Assembly: GCA_019912665.1 (NCBI GenBank)
Contig: JAIOIE010000021.1
Coordinates: 135,679-199,678 of the forward strand
DNA: 64,000 bases
Direction of reading: 5' to 3'
Source of the DNA: Deltaproteobacteria bacterium
GTDB lineage: Bacteria > Desulfobacterota > GWC2-55-46
Part shown: positions 30,189 to 37,207 of the stretch, piece after piece
Numbering within the stretch: position 1 is the stretch's first letter
Layout of the letters: each line of letters opens with the position of its first letter
Notes under the pieces: generated by a model
What the model was told of the DNA's origin: nothing
Database searches by the model: none
The model's input: the letters and a program-made list of their open reading frames with translations, nothing else
Program-made: the position numbers and the translations under genes

Positions 30189-30623
30189 CTAGAGCCCCAG
30201 CCGCTCGAGGGTGTTCACAATCTCATCATCCGAAGCGGCTGCCGCAGCCTGCTCCCACAGGGGCTTGCTCCATATCTCCATATGCCTGAACGCGCCGATA
30301 AGGACGACCTCTTTTTCGAGCTTCGCATAGTCCCTGAGCGTCTGCGGGATGAGGATCCTCCCGAGCTTGTCTATCGCGCAGTCAGCCGCGCTGGAATAGA
30401 AAAAACGGAGGAACGCCTTCGTGTCCTTCTTGAACTCCGGAAGGGCGGATATCTTCTCTTCGAGTTTCTGCCATTCGGCAAGGGGGTAGGCTATGAGGCA
30501 GCCGTCGTAATTGGTCACGACGAGGCGGGAATCGTATCTCTCGTTCAGCGTCTCCCTGAACCTCGAGGGTATGCTGATCCTGCCCTTGGAATCGATTAGG
30601 TGCTCGTACCTGCCCTTGAACAT
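30189..30623 (-). CDS. mraZ: Transcriptional regulator MraZ
   Basis: The 144-aa ORF begins MFKGRYEHLIDSKGRISIPSRFRE and has a second SpoVT/AbrB-like repeat (DKLGRILIPQTLR). Confidence 0.95.
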   Translation of the reverse strand: MFKGRYEHLIDSKGRISIPSRFRETLNERYDSRLVVTNYDGCLIAYPLAEWQKLEEKISALPEFKKDTKAFLRFFYSSAADCAIDKLGRILIPQTLRDYAKLEKEVVLIGAFRHMEIWSKPLWEQAAAAASDDEIVNTLERLGL

Positions 30624-30674
30624 CGCTTATCTTCCCCGGTCTGCATGGAATCAGCAGGTTTAGGAATGCATTTC

Positions 30675-30721
30675 ATTCCACTTGGGGGCCTCTTATACCA
30701 CTTAATACCACTTTATACCAC
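30675..30721 (-). promoter_or_regulatory. Putative MraZ operator: direct GTGGTAT/GTGGAAT repeats with 10-bp phasing
   Basis: On the minus strand, GTGGTAT occurs at 30721, 30711 and 30701 (exact 10-bp spacing), plus GTGGAAT at 30681 (20 bp further). The boxes lie immediately downstream of the predicted -10 element. Confidence 0.6.
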
Positions 30722-30731
30722 ACGCTGGTCA

Positions 30732-30760
30732 ACTATATTCCTGATGAAATTCTTTGTCAA
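30732..30760 (-). promoter_or_regulatory. Sigma70-like promoter of the dcw cluster (Pmra)
   Basis: On the minus strand, TTGACA (30760..30755) is followed by a 17-nt spacer and TATAGT (30737..30732). This is about 110 nt upstream of the mraZ ATG. Confidence 0.6.
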
Positions 30761-31089
30761 GGGAAATCTAAGAAGGTAAGGCTTCAGAAATTCTCGGGAA
30801 ATCAGCCGCATTCAACTTATAGTAGAAGGGATCTCAAGGGATACTATTAGTGGGGTCTCAACTCGGGTGAGCGGCAAAAATCCTTCGAAAATTCAATCCA
30901 AAGGAGGTGTTGAGGCCGTAAGTGGGATTACCGTGCGGTTTCTATTATTTTCGAGTTTGTTCAGGGGGAGCGCAATCAGGAACTGACAGGCGCATTGTTT
31001 TTGAAAAGTCTCTATTTTTAGCTCATCTCTTTTCGAGATGCATTCTGCCGAGCGCCCGAAATAGGGAAGGCGAACCGGCTCATATCGGC

Positions 31090-31935
31090 TTAGCCCTCGC
31101 GCTGGTTCCCCCGTATTCTCTCGAACCTCTCAAGTATGACCTCGGCCCTGTACTTGTAATCGGCGGCCACCCTGTTCGAGGGATCGAGCTCCAGGACCGT
31201 ATCCCATTCCTTTATGGCGAGCTCCATCTCCTCGCTCTGGAAATACGCGATGCCGTTTCTCAAGTGCTTTTCAACCGCCTTGTCCCGCTCGGAGGCGGCC
31301 TTCTCAAGGAGCTCCTTCGCGTTCATGTATGAGGGGATTATCCTCAAAGCGGCCGTAAACTCCTCGATGGCCCTGTGGTATGCGCTCGACTCGAGATAGA
31401 CCTTGCCCTTAAGGTAATGGAGGTTGGCCAGGTCCTCGGGCGCGTCGTCCTTGGCGATGATCTTTTTCACCGCCGTGGCCGGGGCCGCGGCGGCTTTTTT
31501 CCCGGCCTGGAAAGCGGCGCCGGAGGATACCGCCGTCCTGGGCGGCGCCTGACCGGACCTCATCGCCTCGGTTACGAGATCGAGCTTGCGCCTGGCGAGC
31601 AGGTTATCGGGGTTGTACCGGAGAGAGTCCCTGTACTCAGCCGCTGCCTTCGACAGTATCCCGGCCCTTTCGTAATCCTCGGCCATATCCATGTGCCTCC
31701 TCGAGAGCTGCATGGATATGGAGTTTATGTCCTGGAGGAGTTTCCTCGAGGCCCTGTAGTTCGGGTCGCTTCTGGGTATCCTGCTCGCCTTCTCCCGGGC
31801 CTCGGACAGCCTGCCGTTCTCGTACAGCAGGACGGCCCTGTCGTATTCGGTGCCCTGCGCGTACCGCGTGGACATCTGCACGCATCCGGCCATGAGGGCG
31901 AAGAGCGCTATCGTCATAGACAGCCTAAATAACAA
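31090..31935 (-). CDS. TPR-repeat lipoprotein
   Basis: The 281-aa ORF has a lipobox (LMAGC) and several TPR-like repeats (e.g. YLKGKVYLESSAYHRAIEEFTAALRIIPSY). Confidence 0.7.
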   Translation of the reverse strand: MLFRLSMTIALFALMAGCVQMSTRYAQGTEYDRAVLLYENGRLSEAREKASRIPRSDPNYRASRKLLQDINSISMQLSRRHMDMAEDYERAGILSKAAAEYRDSLRYNPDNLLARRKLDLVTEAMRSGQAPPRTAVSSGAAFQAGKKAAAAPATAVKKIIAKDDAPEDLANLHYLKGKVYLESSAYHRAIEEFTAALRIIPSYMNAKELLEKAASERDKAVEKHLRNGIAYFQSEEMELAIKEWDTVLELDPSNRVAADYKYRAEVILERFERIRGNQREG

Positions 31936-33367
31936 AGCCTTCCTCCCTGAGCTCCCTGCACGCGAGGCTTACGACCCCTTCCACCTCGCCTGCCCAGCGC
32001 GGCCCGAGCTCCTTTATGTTATAGAGCGTAACGGGTTTATCGAAGCCCTTCAAGTATACGCCCCGCATCTCCTCGGCGACCACGTCCGCGGCCACCCTGC
32101 TGTAGATGAACTCGCTTACGAGTATCTCCCCGCCCCTCGCCAGGTCGGTGAGCCTCGAGGCCGTGTTGACCGGGTCTCCCACCGCGGTATACTCCATCCT
32201 GACGCTTGAGCCCATGTTCCCGACGATGACCTCGCCCGCGTCGAGACCGATGCCCATCTCAAGGGCCGTCTCTCCGCGCTCCGCCCTGAGCGAGTTCATC
32301 CTCTCGACCGCGAGCTTCACGGCCATTGCCGCCTTCACGCCCTGTTCGAGGTGCGAAAGGCTCCTTATGGGCGAGCCGAAAACGCTCATGACCGCGTCGC
32401 CTATGAACTTGTCTATCGTGCCCTCGAACCTGAAAACCATGTCGGTTACGACCGTGAAATACCTGTTGAGGAGTTCGACTATCTCCTCCGGCTCCATCTT
32501 CCTCGACATGGAGGTGAAGCCCCGGATATCCGCGAAAAAGACCGTTACCTCCCTCCTGTGGCCCCCGAGCCTTACTCGCTCCGGGTCCCTGAATATCTCG
32601 TCGGCCACGTGCCGGCTGACATAGCGGTTAAGGACCCCCCTCAGTATCTCCTTTTTCTTCAGGTCCGAGGCCATCCTGTTGAACGAGGCCACCAGGTCGC
32701 CTATCTCGTCCTTTCTCACCTCCGGGATGCGGTAGTCGAAGTTCCCCAGGGCTATTTCCCTGGTGCCCTGGAAGAGCCTGAGGACCGGCCTCAAGAGCCC
32801 CGAGGCGAGCGGGATTGAAAAAAGCGTGACTGCCCCGGCCACCATGAAACCGATTATGGTCACCCTCGTTACCGCGCGCCTTACCTGCTCCCTGATAAAG
32901 CCCTTAGAGAAGGACACTACCGTGTAGCCGACGGTCGTATCCCTGAATACTATGGGGGAGGCGAATGTAATTGACTTCTCGTCACCGTGGTCTATGGTCC
33001 ACGGTGCCTCCTCGCCGTGCCGGGCCATTATGAGACCGGTGTCGAATAACGCGAAATCGCCGCCAGCCTCGAGCACGTCCTTGTGCGCCTCGACCTCGAA
33101 CCTGTGGTTAAGGATGTAGGCGTCCAGTATTCCGGGATACTTGAGTATGTTCTGGACGGCGAGCGTCATGCCCAGCGTGTCCTTTTGCATGAATGGCATC
33201 TTGGAGCCGTTCGCGAACTCGTGGGTTATGGTCCCGGCCATTGAGCGGAGCTGCTCCTCGAGGTCGGACTTGTGCTGCAATATGAGGATCGCGCCTATGG
33301 AAACGGTGGCCGCGAAAAGGAGGGTCGAGAGTATGACCGCCAGCTTTATCTTGATGCCTATCTTCAA
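31925..33367 (-). CDS. Membrane HAMP-domain class III adenylate/guanylate cyclase
   Basis: The 480-aa ORF has two TM segments flanking a periplasmic domain, a HAMP domain (DEIGDLVASFNRMASDL) and a cyclase domain (VTVFFADIRGFTSMS, GDAVMSVFG). Confidence 0.85.
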   Translation of the reverse strand: MKIGIKIKLAVILSTLLFAATVSIGAILILQHKSDLEEQLRSMAGTITHEFANGSKMPFMQKDTLGMTLAVQNILKYPGILDAYILNHRFEVEAHKDVLEAGGDFALFDTGLIMARHGEEAPWTIDHGDEKSITFASPIVFRDTTVGYTVVSFSKGFIREQVRRAVTRVTIIGFMVAGAVTLFSIPLASGLLRPVLRLFQGTREIALGNFDYRIPEVRKDEIGDLVASFNRMASDLKKKEILRGVLNRYVSRHVADEIFRDPERVRLGGHRREVTVFFADIRGFTSMSRKMEPEEIVELLNRYFTVVTDMVFRFEGTIDKFIGDAVMSVFGSPIRSLSHLEQGVKAAMAVKLAVERMNSLRAERGETALEMGIGLDAGEVIVGNMGSSVRMEYTAVGDPVNTASRLTDLARGGEILVSEFIYSRVAADVVAEEMRGVYLKGFDKPVTLYNIKELGPRWAGEVEGVVSLACRELREEGFVI

Positions 33368-33661
33368 GTCCGACCGTCACCGATGGAAGGAAAAGCGCCA
33401 TTATGCCGGCGAGCCGCATAGCTAGACTCACCCCCGGCGCGCTAAAAAAACACAAATCGCATGTAATGCCCGTGACCGCGGTCACGGAAAAGCATTTAGG
33501 GGAAATGGGAGACTCTCGGAGAGATTAAGGCCGGTTTATTAAACCACGGGGGCGCGGCGGATTAAATCCCTTTAAGAACGGGGAAAAAGGAACTGCCGAA
33601 CGGAGCTGACGCGTGCCGTACCTCTCCAGTGCGATTACATTCCGAACACCTGATTAAAAAA

Positions 33662-34035
33662 AGCCGGAGGCTGCCGTAAGCCGGATTCTGTTCCCGGTAA
33701 AAACCGGGCGGCGGCCATTCGTCTAGGCCTGCCGTTGCCGGCAGGCTCGAGCGGCCAACCCGTTCCGCCCTCCCGAAGGAAAAGGACGGGCAGTCCTTGA
33801 TGCGGAACCTATTTGGCCTTGCACCGGGAGGGGGTTGCCAAGCCCTGCCGGTCACCCGGCAGGCTGGTGGGCTCTTACCCCGCCTTTTCACCCTTACCGC
33901 CCTTTCGGGCGGCGGTATCTTTTCTGTGGCCCTGTCCCTGGGGTCGCCCCCGGTCGCCGTTAGCGACCTCCCTGCCCTGTGGTGTCCGGACTTTCCTCCG
34001 GCCCGAAGGCCGGTGGCCGCCCGGCAGCCTCCGGC
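33662..34035 (-). ncRNA. rnpB: RNase P RNA, bacterial type A
   Basis: The minus strand carries GGAGGAAAGTCCGGAC (P4 5' strand), GGTAAGGGTGAAAAGG, GCAAGGCCAAATAGG and ACAGAATCCGGCTTAC (P4 3' strand). The ends form a P1 pairing, CCGGAGGCTGCCG/CGGCAGCCTCCGG, followed by a T-run. Confidence 0.93.
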
Positions 34036-34104
34036 GTGTATAATATTACACTATTCGGATGAAAACTTAAAGCCCATACCAGAGCTGCTGCGAAGTACTC
34101 CGGG

Positions 34105-34683
34105 TCACTGCCCCCGCCGCTCTATAGCCTCGTTGGCCAGCTTGTCAGCGAGGCTGTTCTCTTCCCTGTAGACGTGGACTATCTTGGAGGTCCTGAAGCC
34201 CTTCATGAGCCGCGCCGCCTCCTCGAAAAGGGGCTTAAGCTCCTCGCTCTTGACCCTGTATGCTCCAGTCATCTGCTTTACGACAAGTTCGGAGTCGGCG
34301 AATACCTCTATGTCCCTTATGCCCATTGACCTGGCTTCTGCAAGGGCCATTACGAGGGCCTTGTACTCCGCCATGTTATTGGTAGTTACGCCGAGATACT
34401 TCCTGAGCTCCCTTACGACCTTCCCCTGCGGGTCCTTTATGACGGCGCCGGCGCCGGCCTCGCCGGGGTTGCCGCGCGACGCGCCGTCCACACGCAACTC
34501 GTAAGGCCCGGAAAGCGGGGGCGCAAAAAGGGGCTCCTGGACCGGCTCTCCGGCGAGGCCCTTCAATATGGCCCTCGCCTCGTCCTCGGTAATTCCGAGC
34601 CTTTTGATCGCGGCCCGGACGTCAAGTGTGCTGGAAAGTTCTTTAAGGAATCTCGTTACGAGGCCGCTGTCCCTTCGGGACAT
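34105..34683 (-). CDS. RNase HI-family protein with N-terminal extension
   Basis: The 192-aa ORF has an RNase H fold signature: VDGASRGNPGEAGAGAVI, NNMAEYKALVMAL and ADSELVVKQ. Confidence 0.8.
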   Translation of the reverse strand: MSRRDSGLVTRFLKELSSTLDVRAAIKRLGITEDEARAILKGLAGEPVQEPLFAPPLSGPYELRVDGASRGNPGEAGAGAVIKDPQGKVVRELRKYLGVTTNNMAEYKALVMALAEARSMGIRDIEVFADSELVVKQMTGAYRVKSEELKPLFEEAARLMKGFRTSKIVHVYREENSLADKLANEAIERRGQ

Positions 34684-35415
34684 CTATACGGCCTCTAATT
34701 CGGCCTGGGGCAGCTCGGCGTACAGGAGCCGGTGGCAGTGGGGGCAGGAATGGATCTCTTCGGTGCCTTTCTTAAGCATTATGAAGATCTGCGGGGGGAT
34801 GTGAGTGAAGCAGCCCTGGCATATCTCTTCCTTTACAAGCACAAGCCCAAGGCCGCCCCTCCGGGACCGAATCATCTCGTATTTCCTCATTATATCCGGC
34901 CTGATGGGCGCCTTCTTCTCGTCTCTTGACTTAAGCTTTTCTTCCTGGGCCGACCTCCAGCCGTCCTTTTTGGCCTCGAGCTCGCCTGAGAGCCTGTCGA
35001 ATTCTTCCTGCCGGACCCGGAGCTCCTCTTTTTTAGCGGCAAGCGCCGCCTCTTTATCCTGGACCTTTGTCATAAGGGCGGCCTTCTCCTGCTCGCCCTG
35101 CTTTCTGGACTTGTTGGCGCCGTTTATCTCTTTTGTAAGCGCGTTGAGCTCCCTGTCGTTCTTGACGGAGTTGAGCCTGCCTTCGTCCTTCGATATCCTC
35201 TCGGCGCTCTCCCGTATCCTGTCCTCGATGCCCTTGAGCTGCTCCTTGAGGCCGGCTAGCTCCTCTTCGAGGACGGCTGCCGATTTTCCGATCCCTTCGA
35301 GCTCGGCCCCGAGCCCCTCCATCCTGCCCAGGTATTCCTTTTCCTCTTCATCCAGGGACTTTATCTCAAGGTCTATCCGCTGTATCTCTTCGAGGACTCT
35401 CAACGTCTCTATCAA
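34684..35415 (-). CDS. COG1579/DUF164-type coiled-coil zinc-ribbon protein
   Basis: It has a long coiled coil and a C-terminal CQGC...CPHC zinc ribbon. The ORF-track start at 35454 overlaps the tRNA. The TTG at 35415 with GGAGG 7 nt upstream is the likelier start. Confidence 0.75.
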   Translation of the reverse strand: MIETLRVLEEIQRIDLEIKSLDEEEKEYLGRMEGLGAELEGIGKSAAVLEEELAGLKEQLKGIEDRIRESAERISKDEGRLNSVKNDRELNALTKEINGANKSRKQGEQEKAALMTKVQDKEAALAAKKEELRVRQEEFDRLSGELEAKKDGWRSAQEEKLKSRDEKKAPIRPDIMRKYEMIRSRRGGLGLVLVKEEICQGCFTHIPPQIFIMLKKGTEEIHSCPHCHRLLYAELPQAELEAV

Positions 35416-35442
35416 TAAAATGCCTCCAAGGCTGGAATTTTT

Positions 35443-35518
35443 TGGTGGGCCCACCTGGACTCGAACCAGGGACCGACCGGTTATGAGCCGGTGGCTCTTC
35501 CAACTGAGCTATGGGCCC
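35443..35518 (-). tRNA. tRNA with CAT anticodon (Met, or Ile2/lysidine type)
   Basis: The minus strand reads GGGCCCATAGCTCAGTTGGAAGAGCCACCGGCTCATAACCGGTCGGTCCCTGGTTCGAGTCCAGGTGGGCCCACCA. It is 76 nt with encoded CCA and a cloverleaf that folds by eye. The C4-G69/C5-G68 acceptor pairs resemble tRNA-Ile2. Confidence 0.9.
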
Positions 35519-35605
35519 TTATGGGTTAAACTTGCGGCAAAGCAGGGGGCCCCGGAACGGAACGGATGCGGGCTGGTGAATCGCACCCCCGTGAGTCAAT
35601 ATGTT

Positions 35606-35635
35606 ATTTTAAGAAATAAAAGCTTTCCTTGTCAA
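35606..35635 (-). promoter_or_regulatory. Candidate promoter for the tRNA(CAT)
   Basis: On the minus strand, TTGACA (35635..35630) is followed by an 18-nt spacer and TAAAAT (35611..35606). Confidence 0.4.
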
Positions 35636-35840
35636 GGCGTTTCTTGGGAATTTAAGCTCCGAAAGGCGTTTTCAGCGCCTTGACAGCGAGGATTAAAAGA
35701 TTAAGGTTTAATTAGGGACCAATAAAAGGGCCCAAGTCCCGGCAAAAGGGAACCCCGCACGCGCCCTTCCTTCGCCAGCCTTCCTCAAGCTCAAACCGCT
35801 AAACGCGAAAGCCGGGGCCTTCCCAATCGAGGCAAAATCT

Positions 35841-36611
35841 ATGGATGACGGGCAGGAGAGAAAGAAAATCCTTTTTGTGGACGATGACGAGAAGCTCCGG
35901 AGTTTCTGCTCCGAGGTCCTCATGGGGGCCGGCTACAATGTGGAGGTCGCATCCAGCGGCACGGAGGCGTACGGGAAGCTCAGGGAATCGAAATTCGACC
36001 TTGTCATAACGGGCATGAGGATACCAGGGCTCGACGGCATGGGCCTTTACCTGAGCACCCTCAAGGTCTATTCAAATATGAAAGAGCGGTTCCTTTTCAT
36101 GACCGAGGACACCTGCGCCGATTTCGAAAGCCAGGAGGTCATAACAAGACAGAACGAGAAATACATAATCAAACCGTTCGACATAAAGGAGCTCCTTAAG
36201 AAGGTCGAAAGCCTGACCGGGGCCAACCTCTCGGCCTTTTTCGCGAAATACAGGGACATGAGCGAGAACAGGCGCGAGGAGAGACGGCTTTGCTGGGCCG
36301 AGGACTGCAAAGTCTTCGAAGACGGCTCGTCAACTCCCAGGCCCTTTACCCAGACGACCGACATATCGAGGCACGGAATGAGAATAAGGTACATGGGGAG
36401 CCCAGTAAAGACGGACTCGACCGTGCGTGTGATCCTCAAGCATCTCGACGTGAGGAGCACCGGCCGAATAGTCTGGTCAAACGCGATTAACGGCATTGAG
36501 GCCGCGTCAGGCCTCTCGCTTTTCGAGCCCATACCGGCAACCGCCCTCTCCATAGTCCTCCGGGGCCGGAAGACCTTCATACCGCCGCTCGTGTCGAGGG
36601 AGACGGAATAA
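35841..36611 (+). CDS. Response regulator receiver domain fused to a PilZ-like domain
   Basis: The 256-aa ORF has an N-terminal CheY-like REC domain (ILFVDDDEKLR...DLVITGMRIPGLDG...IIKPF). The C-terminal part (RRLCWAEDCKVF...DISRHGMRIRY...GRIVW) looks like a PilZ domain. Confidence 0.7.
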   Translation: MDDGQERKKILFVDDDEKLRSFCSEVLMGAGYNVEVASSGTEAYGKLRESKFDLVITGMRIPGLDGMGLYLSTLKVYSNMKERFLFMTEDTCADFESQEVITRQNEKYIIKPFDIKELLKKVESLTGANLSAFFAKYRDMSENRREERRLCWAEDCKVFEDGSSTPRPFTQTTDISRHGMRIRYMGSPVKTDSTVRVILKHLDVRSTGRIVWSNAINGIEAASGLSLFEPIPATALSIVLRGRKTFIPPLVSRETE

Positions 36612-36642
36612 GCACCATGACAACGGAATAAGCACCATGACA
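36603..36642 (+). repeat. Perfect 2 x 20-bp tandem duplication spanning the stop codon of the REC-PilZ gene
   Basis: The unit ACGGAATAAGCACCATGACA occurs at 36603-36622 and again at 36623-36642. Confidence 0.95.
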
Positions 36643-36899
36643 GAAGTCCAGTGTGGTCATTCCTTCTTGCAAAAAGCCGATTAACGCGCTGCCGCGCGGT
36701 TTTCGAGGGGCTCGCGCTAGCCCCTCCCATCCTGTAAACGGGCCCCTGGTCGCGGAGTTTACCCTGAGTGAAGCGAAGGGCCTCGTTCTCTTCCCCGGCC
36801 CGTTCATGCTCTTCCGCCGAGCTCGACTTACCCTCATGTGTGTGTTTCAAGACACAAGTAATCTCTCATCACTTTGTTTTTGCATTTCAAACTACCAGA

Positions 36900-37050
36900 G
36901 GGCATAAGGTGAAGCGAACATAAAGATGGAGGAAGGGCGGGCGAGGCGAGGCAGCAGGAGCGAGGCCAAGGCCGAGCGACATAAGGCCGAGCCCGGAGGA
37001 TGGAGGCGGAACGAGAGCGGAGCCTTATGCCCAAAAAGAGCGCGGCAGCG
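36900..37050. repeat. Long inverted repeat / REP-like element (possible family 2, copy B)
   Basis: GGGCATAAGG (36900-36909) and CCTTATGCCC (37023-37032) enclose GAAGCGAACATAAAG and GAGCGACATAAGG motifs. The tail AAAAAGAGCGCGGCAGCGCGCAAAAGG resembles the minus-strand tail of 10232-10262. Confidence 0.35.
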
Positions 37051-37207
37051 CGCAAAAGGCCTTTTCAGAAACCGGACTTCATAAATGTCGTTTGCTTTTT
37101 CTAAAAAAAAGAAGGACTCCCACCTCTTTTTCTGACTCGTTAAAATAGGTTGAAAATAACCGTGGCTTTGGTAAATTTGTCTGCAACTCCTATTGAACAG
37201 AGGGAAA

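Noticed and set aside
33562-34171. ORFs 33562..33891 (-) and 33797..34171 (+)
   Set aside because: Both lie on the RNase P RNA gene. All type A rnpB conserved motifs are present, so the region is an RNA gene and not coding.
36603-36642. CRISPR array or minisatellite
   Set aside because: There are only two units with no spacers. Nowhere in the window did I see three or more regularly spaced identical repeats of 24-40 bp, apart from the 7-bp MraZ boxes.
35443-36700. Integrase or genomic island at the tRNA gene
   Set aside because: No integrase, no direct repeat of the tRNA 3' end and no compositional shift is seen next to the tRNA.
36612-37207. T-box leader or glycine riboswitch upstream of glyS
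   Set aside because: I looked for the T-box core (GGTGGTACCGCG-like) and for glycine-riboswitch-like tandem aptamers and did not see them by eye. This is not decisive without an Infernal scan.
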